58,045 bases of DNA, taken from positions 1-58,045 of the forward strand of contig JWZX01003265.1 of assembly GCA_001275005.1 (NCBI GenBank), written 5' to 3'. Both the position numbers and the translations under genes were made by a program. The DNA comes from Chrysochromulina tobinii (taxonomy: Eukaryota). Shown here one piece after another: positions 31,938 to 42,524 of the stretch. The number at the start of each line of letters is the position of its first letter. Within the stretch, counting starts at the first letter, position 1. The notes under the pieces are model-generated. The model saw only the letters and a list, made by a program, of their open reading frames with translations. It ran no database searches and was not told where the DNA came from.

Positions 31938-33542
31938 TCAGATGTGCCCGGCTCCGAGTTCATCGTTCGTGGTCTCACTAGCACTCTCCGCATCATACGC
32001 GCGGAACGCTGGGGCTGGTGTCTGCACTCCGCCAAGCTCGAAGCCTGCGCCCAAGCCACCGGTCGCAGGAGCCCGCCGCACGGTCGCAGAAGCTGGTCTC
32101 CCTCCCGCCAGCCCCGTATCCTCGCTGCTGCATGCATGCGCGCACGTGGGCAGGAGGGCGTCTGGCAGCATGGAGGGCGCCACTCGAGCCTGGGAGATGT
32201 ATGAGACGCGATACTTGGGTGCGGACACACCCTTCTCCTGGAGCGCATCGCTCAGCGTCACGAGATAGCGCGCCTGCTCCTCAGTAATGGAGCCCACCTG
32301 TCGCAGCCGCGTCTCAAGCGATGCGAGCGCGGTGGCGTGCGTTTGGCGCTCTGCCGAGAGCGTACCGAGCTGCGCCTTGCTATGCCGCAAAGCGGCGCGC
32401 ATCTCCGCCAGCTCGTTCGAGGCCTTAGCAAGGGCACGAGCGACCTCCTCCATCTGGGCAGCTAGCTGCTTCCGCGGCTCTTCGAGCCGGACGAGCCGCT
32501 CATTCATGCCGGGCATGCTATGCGTCATCTGGCGCGTGAGCGAGCCAAGCTGCATCTCCATCTCCTCCAGCCGCTCGTTCACCTCCGCTGCGTTCGCCTT
32601 GCGGACGCTCAACGTCGTCTGCTGCTCCCTAAGTTCCGCCACCCACTCGGGCCACCGCTGCTCTAGCTCACGCACGCTCGCCAACGCCTTGCCGACCGCC
32701 TCTGCCATCTCTAGACGGCCGCCATCGAGGATGGTTTGCGCCGCCTGCACTGCCGCTGTGCCTCGCTGCTCGCTCCGTAGGATGGCCTCGTCCACGCCGA
32801 TGCGCCACCCTCGCATCGCCTCCTCATTGGCACGTATCTGCGGCTCCCAGGCGAGGAGACGCTCGAGGATCGCGCGGTGTTCGGCGTGGCGAGTGTTCCA
32901 TGACGTCGTGGCGGCAGTGGCGGCCGCATCGGCGGCACGTGCCTGCTCGCTGAGCTGCGCGGTCAATTTCTCATCCACGCTCCCGATGTACGCCTTGGTC
33001 GCTTGCACGGCAGCGCCCTGGGCCCTGAAGGCGCGATGGAGCTCACTCGTCTCGGCCTGCGTCGCCTTCATCTGCGTGTCGGTGCCCCTGATGTGCTCAT
33101 CGAGCAGGTCCTGCTGTCGCTTGAGCGCGGCTGCCAAAGCGTCGATCTGGCCCTGCTGCGCGGTTAGGGCTGCCCGGTGCGCCGCCTGCTCTGACTCCAA
33201 GGCTGCGCGCAGCTTGTCATTCGTTGATCGCTCCTCGGCAAGCGCCGCCTCGTGCTCTTCGTAAATTTGCAGGCAGAGCTCCTCGAGGTCCGCGCACATG
33301 TCGGACGTCTCCGCACGGAGCCGCCGCCCGTCCTGCTCAACGCGCCTGCTCGCTTGGCTCACCTTTTCATCGATTGTGAACATGATCTGCTCCAGGTCGC
33401 CACCAAACGAAATAAGCTTCTTCTCATTCTCCTTCAGCTGCCGATGCACGGCCGCGAACGCTGCGAGCGGACCAGGCGCCACACTCGCCGGCGGCGCCGC
33501 GGGTGGTGCCGCGGGTGGTGCCTCGGTAAGCGGCACCCACAT
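31938..33542 (-). CDS. Long coiled-coil protein of unknown function
   Basis: Heptad-rich E/Q/A/L/R helical sequence; likely start MWVPL at 33542 (the ORF extends to 33803). Confidence 0.7.
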   Translation of the reverse strand: MWVPLTEAPPAAPPAAPPASVAPGPLAAFAAVHRQLKENEKKLISFGGDLEQIMFTIDEKVSQASRRVEQDGRRLRAETSDMCADLEELCLQIYEEHEAALAEERSTNDKLRAALESEQAAHRAALTAQQGQIDALAAALKRQQDLLDEHIRGTDTQMKATQAETSELHRAFRAQGAAVQATKAYIGSVDEKLTAQLSEQARAADAAATAATTSWNTRHAEHRAILERLLAWEPQIRANEEAMRGWRIGVDEAILRSEQRGTAAVQAAQTILDGGRLEMAEAVGKALASVRELEQRWPEWVAELREQQTTLSVRKANAAEVNERLEEMEMQLGSLTRQMTHSMPGMNERLVRLEEPRKQLAAQMEEVARALAKASNELAEMRAALRHSKAQLGTLSAERQTHATALASLETRLRQVGSITEEQARYLVTLSDALQEKGVSAPKYRVSYISQARVAPSMLPDALLPTCAHACSSEDTGLAGGRPASATVRRAPATGGLGAGFELGGVQTPAPAFRAYDAESASETTNDELGAGHI

Positions 33543-33939
33543 TCTCGTGCGGCAGGAGAATGCCGGTGTCGCCTGCCAGTTCGCCTGCCTCTCCGCGAAA
33601 CACCACTCAGGGGCTTCAGGACATGAAGGCCAACCCGATGGGTTTGACCGCGTACGCCGTGACCGCGTCCGGTGCCGCGCGCGTGTAACATTACTGATGA
33701 CAGCGCGGTATAGGCCGGGGACCCCGAATAGCACCACACATCGCGCGCCGCCCGCATACATGCACATCTCAGCGCTTGCCGGGCGGGGCCAACATCCATG
33801 CATGTGACAGTGAGACGTGAGAGGGTCCGAGTGAGTCCAGGAGTCATCATAGAGAATGTTTCGGTGGCTCTCAGGACTGTGCAGGCCTCAAGTGCAGCCT
33901 CGTCATCAGCCGCGAATCAGCCGCGGCGCGCTCAATCAC

Positions 33940-36654
33940 TCAAGCATAGAGGTCCTCGTCATCGCCTTTGCCTGACTCAGCTGCTGCCGGCGGCGGCGAG
34001 GGTTGCGGCGCAGCTGCGCTCGACTCCTCGCTTGGGTCATCCGACGCCCCAGCCGCCATGGCCTGCGCGATGCCTTTGCCGCCTTCAAGCTCCTTCTTGA
34101 ACTTGAGATAGCGCGCGAGCTCCGTCTTCGAGACGGACTTGCGCGCGGTGCGCATCGCATCGTCAAAGTGGGCTTTGGAGAGCAAGCCTTCCGCCTTGAC
34201 CTCGGGCGGCGGCTCGCCCTTGGCAATCGCTGCGGCCTCAGCCGCCTCCTGAGCGGCGATCTCGCCACGGATGGCGAGCTTGCAAGCACGCTGGCACACC
34301 TCGGTGATGTCAGCACCCGAGAAGCCCTCGGTGCGGTTGGCGAGATCGCGCAGGTCGAGGTCGGGGGCCACAGGGCTCTTGCGCAGGTTGGCTCGGAAGA
34401 TCGAGAGGCGCGAGTCGAAGTCGGGCAGCGGGATGTAGATGAGCTGGTCGAGGCGACCCGGGCGCATGATCGCCGGGTCGAGGATATCAGGCCGGTTCGT
34501 CGCGCCGATGACGAAGACCGACTTGCGTGCGCCGACGCCGTCGATCTCGGTGAGAATCTGGTTGATGACGCGGTCGCCCGCCTCCGAAGCTCCTCCGCCG
34601 CCCGAGCCGCGCGCCTTGGCGATCGAATCCATCTCGTCGAAGAAGATGACGCAGGGCGAGGCCTGGCGCGCCTTGTCGAAGAGCTCGCGCACATTCGCCT
34701 CCGACTCGCCGAACCACTTTGTGAGCAGCTCGGGCCCCTTGACGCTGATGAAGTTGGCCTGGCACTCGTTGGCGATCGCCTTGGCGAGCAGCGTCTTGCC
34801 GCAGCCGGGCGGGCCGTAGAAGAGCACGCCCTTGGCCGCGTTCATACCGAAGAGCTCAAACTTGTCTGCGTACTGCACCGGATACTGCACCGTCTCCTTG
34901 AGCTCACGCTTGACGTCCTCGAGGCCGCCGATGTCCTCCCACTTGACGTTGGGCATCTCGATCGCGTTCTCGCGCAGCGTCGATGGGTTGGTGAGCTTGA
35001 GCGCCCTGCGAAAGTGCTCGGGCGACACTTGAAGCGAGTCGAGGATCTTCTTGGGCAGCCGGTCGGCCTCGAGGTCCATCTCGGGCAGCTTATCGCGCAC
35101 GCATTGCATGGCGGCCTCGAAGACCATCTGTGCAAGGTCGGCGCCGCAGTAGCCCTGCGTGTCCTGCGAGAGGGCCTCAAGGTCGACCTCCGGGCTGAGC
35201 CGCATCTCGCGCGTCTTGATGCGGAGGATGTCGAGGCGGCCCGCCGTGTCGGGCACTGGGATGTTGATCTCGAGGTCGAAGCGACCGAAGCGGCGGAGCG
35301 CTGGCTCGACGGCGTTCGGCCGGTTGGTGGCGGCCATCACGACCACCTGCGACTTGGGGCTGATGCCGTCCATGAGAGTGAGCATCTGCGACACGATGCG
35401 CTTCTCGACCTCGCCCTGCGCCTTGTCACGGCGCGGCGCGATGGCATCGAGCTCGTCGATGAAGAGGATGGCGGGCGAATTCTTCTCGCACTCCTCAAAC
35501 GCCTGGCGCAGCTTCTGCTCCGACTCGCCCGCCATCTTGGACATGACCTCGGGGCCGTTGATGAGGAAAAAGTAGGCGCCCGTCTCGGCGGCCACCGCTT
35601 TGGCGATCATGGTCTTGCCGCAGCCGGGCGGGCCATGGATGAGGACGCCTCGTGGTGGGCGCACGCCGACGCTCGTGAAGACCTTCGGGTGGCGCATGGG
35701 CAACTCGACGAGCTCGCGGATCTTGCTGAGCTCCTTGTCCACGCCGCCAATGTCATCGTAGCCGAGCTCGTCTGCAGCCGCCTCCTCGGCGCGGTCGAGC
35801 GTCCGCTCGGGCAGCTCGAGCGTCGTCTCGGGCGCGACGATGCAGCGGGGCGGCTCGCACTCGACGACCTTGCACTCGACAAGCTGAGCACCATGGCGCA
35901 GCCGGAGCAAGTCGCCCTCTTGCACCGGCCGGTAGGGCGCCTCCTCACCCTCGGCACCCAGGAAGTAGGGCTTGACGAGCTGCTCGTGTACCTCCTCGGC
36001 GCTCAGGCCGCCCATCGCGTCCGCAAAGGGCAGCACCACCAATCGCTCGCCGTTCTTGACCGAATCACATCGGTATGCCTTGGTCGTCTCGCCGAGGTTG
36101 AGGTTGAGGTTGGTGCGCGTCACGGCCGAGAGCACGACCGAGCCCTCGGGCACAGCCGCCGACTCCTGCGCCGTGCAGAGCGTGTCGCGGTCGCGCTTGC
36201 CCTTGAGGCGCACGATGTCTCCCTCCATGAGGCCGAGCTGGGCGAGCTTTTTCGGGTGCAGCAGAGCGGTGCTACCGTCCTGGTCCGCCTCGCCCGCCTC
36301 GACGACCAGAACATGCTGCAGCTTCTTGGTCACGTGCGGCACTGGCGCGGCCGCCAAGGGCTCAGACTTGGCTGCCTTGGCGGCCGGTGGCTGCTGCGCG
36401 GGTTTCGTGCGCCGTGGTGCGCGAAGCGGTGCTTCGTCAAGCTGCGCGGCGGGGGCACCAACGGGCGCGGCACCACCCCGAAGAACCTCGAGCCGCCGAT
36501 GTGCTGAGAGTGTCGGGCCGTCACGAGCAGCCACGGTTTGTGACAACCATGGCTGCAACTGGGTCTGCAGGGGCTGCTGATGAACGGCGGAGCGCGAGCC
36601 ACCGGAGACGGTCACGAGGCCGAGCAGCAGCGAAGCTCTTATCCATGCCATCAT
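33940..36654 (-). CDS. CDC48: Cdc48/p97 AAA+ ATPase with a bipartite N-terminal targeting extension (probable periplastid SELMA Cdc48)
   Basis: N domain; D1 GPPGCGKT, FIDELD, RRFGRFD; D2 GPPGCGKT, FFDEMD, RPGRLD; C-terminal DDEDLYA (HbYX). N-terminus MMAWIRASLLLGLVTVSG is signal-peptide-like and is followed by a transit-like region with LRGG. Confidence 0.92.
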   Translation of the reverse strand: MMAWIRASLLLGLVTVSGGSRSAVHQQPLQTQLQPWLSQTVAARDGPTLSAHRRLEVLRGGAAPVGAPAAQLDEAPLRAPRRTKPAQQPPAAKAAKSEPLAAAPVPHVTKKLQHVLVVEAGEADQDGSTALLHPKKLAQLGLMEGDIVRLKGKRDRDTLCTAQESAAVPEGSVVLSAVTRTNLNLNLGETTKAYRCDSVKNGERLVVLPFADAMGGLSAEEVHEQLVKPYFLGAEGEEAPYRPVQEGDLLRLRHGAQLVECKVVECEPPRCIVAPETTLELPERTLDRAEEAAADELGYDDIGGVDKELSKIRELVELPMRHPKVFTSVGVRPPRGVLIHGPPGCGKTMIAKAVAAETGAYFFLINGPEVMSKMAGESEQKLRQAFEECEKNSPAILFIDELDAIAPRRDKAQGEVEKRIVSQMLTLMDGISPKSQVVVMAATNRPNAVEPALRRFGRFDLEINIPVPDTAGRLDILRIKTREMRLSPEVDLEALSQDTQGYCGADLAQMVFEAAMQCVRDKLPEMDLEADRLPKKILDSLQVSPEHFRRALKLTNPSTLRENAIEMPNVKWEDIGGLEDVKRELKETVQYPVQYADKFELFGMNAAKGVLFYGPPGCGKTLLAKAIANECQANFISVKGPELLTKWFGESEANVRELFDKARQASPCVIFFDEMDSIAKARGSGGGGASEAGDRVINQILTEIDGVGARKSVFVIGATNRPDILDPAIMRPGRLDQLIYIPLPDFDSRLSIFRANLRKSPVAPDLDLRDLANRTEGFSGADITEVCQRACKLAIRGEIAAQEAAEAAAIAKGEPPPEVKAEGLLSKAHFDDAMRTARKSVSKTELARYLKFKKELEGGKGIAQAMAAGASDDPSEESSAAAPQPSPPPAAAESGKGDDEDLYA

Positions 36655-36784
36655 GTAGAGCGCCACCACGTTCTCGTCCACAATGCGCTTGCGCAGGTCG
36701 GATCTGCGATACGGAGGTCTGATGACGGTCTCTATCGAGCCCATCAGAGTCCTCAGAATCGATTGGGGGCGCGCTTTCGCTTGG

Positions 36785-36805
36785 TTCAGTTCAGTTCAGT
36801 TCAGT
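36785..36805. repeat. (TTCAG)4 microsatellite upstream of CDC48
   Basis: Read directly. Confidence 0.7.
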
Positions 36806-37220
36806 TTCTTCGCGGTCCCCCCACGCTCACTCCACCACCGTCTCGACGGACGGCTCCGCTCCCCTCGGTCAACACAAGTACTGAGTACTCGCTCGCTCGG
36901 GCTACTCAATTTCGCTAGTGAGGTCGGTCTCTCCCAGCTTGGTTAAAAGTTCCGTCGCACGCGGAAGAAAAGTGTCAAATCAACCCATACCTTCCAAAGC
37001 GTCACTTCCCCCCACAAAATATGAAGCAAACGGAGGGACAGGCCGAGTGGCCGACAGGGCTCTGGGCGTGCGAAGCATCAAGCAACCCGGGATCACTGTC
37101 GACTGTGAGCGCGCTGTGGCGCCGGCTGGCCGCTATACGTAACAGCCCCGCGCGGAGCTGACCACAGTCCACACGCATTCCTCGAGTCAGAGATACGTCA
37201 CAACGCCAGAGGTCGCATAC

Positions 37221-39035
37221 TCAAACGACCGAGGTCGGCAGGTCGCCGACACCTCCGGCAAGCTTCCACGTCGTCTGTGCGACGAGCAGGGCGAGCTCGT
37301 TGGCGTCCTCTTGCGTGGCGGCCTCAGCGTACACGCGCACAACGTCCTCCGTGCCCGAGGGACGCACGAAGCAGCGGCCGCGCGCGAACCGGGCAGCGAG
37401 CTGGTCGAGTTCCGGTTGGAGATCCGCGGGTGCGGTCGTTCGGGTCTCATCGCTCGTCACCGTGACGATGGTGCGGTCGGCGACGGCGAGCTTCGTCTGT
37501 CTCGAGGGTAGGTCCTCGTACAGGGCATCCCACGTGTTGAGTTCCCAGCCTCGCCTCGTAAGGATGGCCTCGACGAGCAAGAGGTCGGAGATGGCGTCGC
37601 CGATGGCCTGGTTGACGAGCTGGCGCGCCGCGAGCAGCCGCGCCGCCGCCCCTGCCCGGGCTGCGTCGCCGCTCATCTGGGCGGCGGTCTGAGCACCGCG
37701 GATGGCCTCCACGGCGGCGTCCGAGAAGAGGAGGGTCCCGTGCCCATTGGCCTCAAAGTAGATCGCCACGTCGAACTGTGTGGCCACGTGGTGCACGTAC
37801 TTGACGCCCGTCTTGGCCAGGCGCACAGGCACGCCGAGAGAGCGGATATACTCACCCGACGCGCCGTTGGCGTACGCCGTCTGCACGACCACAGTGCTCA
37901 GCGCGGGCTTGAGCGCGAGCGCCGCGAGCTCCTCGCACACGAAGGAAGCAAAGAGCGCCGCGATCTTGTCGCCGTCGAGCAAGCGCCACTCGGTGCCCTG
38001 CCAGTAGTGGAAGACGATGCGGTCGGCGTCGCCGTCGACGGAGCAAGCGCGCACCGGCGTTGTCGGCGGCGCCTCGAGCCCGCGCGGCGGCTTGCGTCCC
38101 TTTTGGACGTACTCGGCACCGCAGCCCTCGTTGAGCGCGCCGTCGCCCACGCCGTTGACTAGCGTCAAGGGCAGCAGCTCGCTCCCCATCCGTCGCTGGA
38201 GTGCGGCGAGCTGTGGCGCGCCCACGCCGCACGCCGTGTCCACCCACAGTGGCCCGCGGCGTGTTGCGTCAACGCTGCTCACGAAAGCGGCGTAGGCGCT
38301 CGCGAGCATCTCGTAGTAGCCCGCCTCGCTCGCCCACGCTGCCGGCCCGACGTGCGGCCCTGCGGCGGCGCTGCCGTTGACGTGGCGCACAATGTGATGG
38401 AGCTGCGGGGTCGTCAGGATGCCGCAGTCGGTGCCGATGCCAGCGGCGTGTGCGACCCCCTCGAGGGCGAGGCGCGCCAGCCGCGCAGAGTGCGACCGCG
38501 TGTCGCGCGCGATGTAGACGCGGCCGCGCAGGCGCGAGGTATCGTCAGCATGGTCAGCGAGAATCGCACCGATGGCCCGCACCGGGTCGGCGGGTCGGTC
38601 CCGCAGCACCTTGGCGACCGCGACCGATACCTTCTCATGGATTCCGTGCGCCTTGAGGTACTCACTGCCGCTGATCGACTCTGCCAAGACGGCAGAGGGG
38701 GCCAAGCTGACGCCGACTGCCGCCGCGAGCGACTCGAGAGTCGCTGCAATTGCGTCATCCGCCGCATTTGCGAGCAGTGTGGCATGCCCCTCCCAGCTCT
38801 GGTCGAGCATGCCGCCGTCCGGATCGACAAGCTTGATGCCGTTGTCACGCTCTGGGTTGTGCGATGCGGTGACCATCAGCCCTACGGCGAGGCCGCCGCG
38901 CGACCGAGAGCGCAGCACGGCCAGTGCGCCCATCCGGAAGAAGGTCGAGTCAAGCAGCTCCGCCTTGGCACGGAAGCCTGCGGTGCCATATGCGAGGGCC
39001 ACACCCGGGCCTTTCGGTCCGACCGCCGGAGGCAT
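37221..39035 (-). CDS. PGM3: Phosphoacetylglucosamine mutase with an inserted Dpy-30/RIIa-like module
   Basis: YGTAGFR, MVTASHNP (catalytic Ser), DNGIK, RDTR, TTPQLH, DGDADR, FEANGHG, FVRPSGTEDVVRVYAEA. Confidence 0.95.
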   Translation of the reverse strand: MPPAVGPKGPGVALAYGTAGFRAKAELLDSTFFRMGALAVLRSRSRGGLAVGLMVTASHNPERDNGIKLVDPDGGMLDQSWEGHATLLANAADDAIAATLESLAAAVGVSLAPSAVLAESISGSEYLKAHGIHEKVSVAVAKVLRDRPADPVRAIGAILADHADDTSRLRGRVYIARDTRSHSARLARLALEGVAHAAGIGTDCGILTTPQLHHIVRHVNGSAAAGPHVGPAAWASEAGYYEMLASAYAAFVSSVDATRRGPLWVDTACGVGAPQLAALQRRMGSELLPLTLVNGVGDGALNEGCGAEYVQKGRKPPRGLEAPPTTPVRACSVDGDADRIVFHYWQGTEWRLLDGDKIAALFASFVCEELAALALKPALSTVVVQTAYANGASGEYIRSLGVPVRLAKTGVKYVHHVATQFDVAIYFEANGHGTLLFSDAAVEAIRGAQTAAQMSGDAARAGAAARLLAARQLVNQAIGDAISDLLLVEAILTRRGWELNTWDALYEDLPSRQTKLAVADRTIVTVTSDETRTTAPADLQPELDQLAARFARGRCFVRPSGTEDVVRVYAEAATQEDANELALLVAQTTWKLAGGVGDLPTSVV

Positions 39036-39580
39036 CCCGCACCGCGCGGAGAGCGCTCCCTATCCGGATAGGCCGTCGGCTGAGTGGAAGTTTGTGTCGA
39101 GGAGGCTGGTGCAATTGACGCAACATGAATTGAACTCAAATCATAGTGACGAGCCCCAGACCGTACCGGCCGTTACACTTGTGGTCCACCTTCAGGGGGC
39201 GTCAACGAACCGCCCCCTGCCAAGAGCCGGGAGTTCTAGCCACTAGCCGCCCGAACGGTTACCCGCCTCGTTATAGGTACAGTCCGGGGTGAGACAAAAG
39301 ACAAACTTGTCTAGCCCCGCGCGGCTGTGTTTAAACGCGGCCGTTCGAGGTCGGTCCTCCAACTTCGAACTTGATACTACTACTGTTTGCGGTCCTTAGA
39401 TGTATCCTACCGAATATCTACCGTACAACGCCGCGCTGGCACGTTCGCTGAGACGCTGTCACGTGTCACCTCTCACACACCCCGGCTGATCGCCCGACTG
39501 ACACACCACCTTTCCCCCGTCCCCTGCCTTGGTTGGCATGCACACTCGACGCTGCTGAATTGGGGCGCTGGGGGCGGACA

Positions 39581-40816
39581 TCACACGCAGCGCTTCCGTT
39601 GGAAGAAAAGCTGGTAGCCCATGGCTGAGCGCACCTCCTCCACGCTCGCCGGGGTAACCGTCGCGTCGGAGCAGTGGAACCAGTCGGCTTGGCAGCGTAC
39701 ATAGTTCGTGTAGTGCCCGGTTTGCATGGTGCCATGGTGCACGACGACTCCAAAGAGGTCGTACAGGTGCTCGGGCAAAGGCTCGAGGGCAGGCGCCTGC
39801 TGCTGGCCGTTGCTGTGCGTGCTGTGCGAGCAAATGTAGGATGATGTGTGAGGCCGCATGTTCAGAGAGTGCAAGGGGAATTCGACGAAAGACTCGATCT
39901 TGCTCGGCGGCTGCTGCTTATTTGCTGAGTGCTTGAAGCGCTTCAGGTGGAAGCAGAGCACGTTGGGCAGCCGATGGACCGAGAGCTGTTTGGTCGAGTC
40001 CTGCAACGCGCCGCAGCTCGGGCACCAGCACCTCTCGGCGGACGAGAGCCGCTCCGCACGCGTGAAGGAGCGCAGGCAGCCGGCGAGGGTCGTGTGGTAC
40101 CCCGTGGCGCCGCCGCCCTCTTCCGCGGCCAAACGGGACAGGTCGAGCGATATGTCCTGGAACTCCTCATACTTGGTCGACTTGCCGTGGCACTTTAAGC
40201 AGGCCACGTCCGAGCGCAGCACACCGGTAAAGATGCCCTGCAGATCGACCGCGCCCAGCGGGCGCTGCGCCGATGAGGGCCCACGCATCTTTACCAGGTC
40301 GGCAGGCGTCGGCGGCCGTGTCGGGTTCTCCGGAAGCGCGAGGCCCGCGTAGATCGAAGCAAGCGCGGCGATGAGGAATTCGTGCGCGTCCTGCTGCTCG
40401 TAGCCGGCGAAGTACTCGGCGTTGCACCACATCGCATGCAGGAAGGCATGTGGGCTGCACGGCACCGTGTGTCCCGAATAACATTGTGTGAAAAGCGAAT
40501 CCATCTCGCAAGCGAGGCACGGCCGGCGCACCGCGGATGGCGGCGGCGTTTCGGTGTCGCCCAGCACGCCATCGGTCGGGGGACAGCTCGCCGGCGACTG
40601 CCGGGCGCGTGCCATGCATGCGAACCTATTGTGGTGGTCGCCAAGGAAAAAGTTCCTGAAAGGCGGGCAGTGTAGCAGCACCTGCAGCACGCTATTCATG
40701 AAGCACGTGTTACCAAGGTTGTTGAGACCGCGCACGCCGAGCAAAACGGGCGGCACGGCCTCGGGTCGCTGCCGTTTCTCGCCCACTACTGTGCGAGCAG
40801 ACGATGCGCTCGCCAT
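39581..40816 (-). CDS. Ubiquitin-specific protease of the USP22/27/51-Ubp8 type (catalytic domain only)
   Basis: RGLNNLGNTCFMN Cys box, CLACEMD, AGYEQQDAHEF, HLKRF, VVVHHGTMQTGHY His box; ATG at 40816. Confidence 0.88.
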   Translation of the reverse strand: MASASSARTVVGEKRQRPEAVPPVLLGVRGLNNLGNTCFMNSVLQVLLHCPPFRNFFLGDHHNRFACMARARQSPASCPPTDGVLGDTETPPPSAVRRPCLACEMDSLFTQCYSGHTVPCSPHAFLHAMWCNAEYFAGYEQQDAHEFLIAALASIYAGLALPENPTRPPTPADLVKMRGPSSAQRPLGAVDLQGIFTGVLRSDVACLKCHGKSTKYEEFQDISLDLSRLAAEEGGGATGYHTTLAGCLRSFTRAERLSSAERCWCPSCGALQDSTKQLSVHRLPNVLCFHLKRFKHSANKQQPPSKIESFVEFPLHSLNMRPHTSSYICSHSTHSNGQQQAPALEPLPEHLYDLFGVVVHHGTMQTGHYTNYVRCQADWFHCSDATVTPASVEEVRSAMGYQLFFQRKRCV

Positions 40817-40999
40817 GCGGCAGCCGCCCGCGAACTGCTTCACACCACCTCGCACACTTCCCCGTAACTAGAAAACTCACCTACAAGTCTTCTCTATAGC
40901 GAACTCACCCGATGTTTCCCTCGTGAATAACTTGCCAACATGTTTACACTAGGACAAGTCCAGCATAACTAGCCGGAGCTCCGGCCCTTGCCATAGCAG

Positions 41000-42493
41000 A
41001 TGGCGTGGTCCGCGCCGTTTAGCACCTCACTGGAATCTCTCTTGTTACCGTTGGTCGAAAAGCTGCTGCACCCGTATATCGACACTTCCGAACTTCGCCG
41101 CGAGAAGCTGCGCGTTGGCGTCTGGCAGGGAAATATCGTGCTGACGGACGTCGCTTTGCGGCCTGACGCTCTCGATGGTCTTGAGCTGCCGCTCACACTC
41201 ACGCGCGGCCGTGTCGGCCGCATGCAGCTGTGCGTGCCGTGGAGTCGGCTGCGATCGGAATCGATCGAGCTCCTTTTTGAGGATGTCGTGCTTGAGGTGC
41301 GGCTCTCCGAAACGCCTGACCCGGAGGCCTTCTTGCGGCGCGAGCGGCTGCAGAAGCGGCTCCACCTCGACGCGGATGAGCTGCTGCGCGGCCTTCGAGA
41401 GAGCGTCGGCGCGGACGATGGAGGGCATCCATCCGCAGCCGGCCCGCCCGCCGAAGGCTTCCTCGGGCGGCTCGGCAGAGCCATGCTCGACAACCTGCGG
41501 CTCACATTGGTGCGCGTCGACCTTCGCTGCGAGGAAGCGAGCGGCTCGGCTTGGGGTGTGTCTTTGCAACGCTTCGAGATGAAATCGACCGGCAGTGACG
41601 GCCAGCCCGAATACCAGCGCTTCACGAGCGACCAGCCATGGCCGCACAAAGTGCTCATCTTCGTTGGCGCTTCCATCTACTCGCAGACTGCCGATGCGCC
41701 AGCACTGGCTGCCGATGCCCCAGCACTGGCCACAGCAGCAAGAGCCGCATCATCGTCCCAAGGTTGCAGCCATGAGCCAACGAGGGAGCTCCGAACGTCT
41801 GTCGTGCTGCCGGCAACGGATGTCGAACTGATGTTTCGTATCCTCCGTGCCGGCGCACGTGCCGCACCTTCAGAGCCGCGGATGAGCTGCACTTGTCGAC
41901 TCGCGCGACGTATTGATGTGCAGCTCACGAGCCGTCAGTGCGTGCGGCTTCTGCAGCTCTCATCCCATCTGTCGCGGCTCGCACAACGCGAGCGTTACGC
42001 TCGGTTCCGCACCCAGATCACAGCATGCGATTCGCAGCCGCCCCTGCCTGGCGCGCTCTGGCGGTACGCTGCTGACTGCGTCAACTGCGAGCTTGAGGAG
42101 CGAAGGCGTTGGCGTGGATGGGCAGCAACACGCGCCCACGGTCACCGCCGCCGCGAATACTTGCCGCTGTGGCGCCAATTCCTTCGAGGAGAGTCGCCGA
42201 CGCCCGGAGCGTCGCGCCGCCTCGTGGACCTCGAAGAGGAGCTCAAGCTGCGCGACATTTTGCTCTTCCGTGCGCTCGCGCGGCGCGGCTGCACGCACGC
42301 TCTGGAGGAGACGGCGACGCCCGTACCGCGCCCGTACCGCACCCGTACCACACCCGTACCGCTGCCGCAAATCCCGCGATCGACTTCGGACGGTCATCTG
42401 GACCTCACAGCAGCGCCTGCCGCTCAAGAAACGTTGATGACCCACACGCGCTCCGAACGGGACATGGCATCCGCTATGCATCTGAGGCGGCAC

Positions 42494-42524
<31 letters not shown>

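Noticed and set aside
34003..36507. 834-aa ORF antisense to CDC48
   Set aside because: In-register antisense shadow of a strongly GC3-biased conserved gene.
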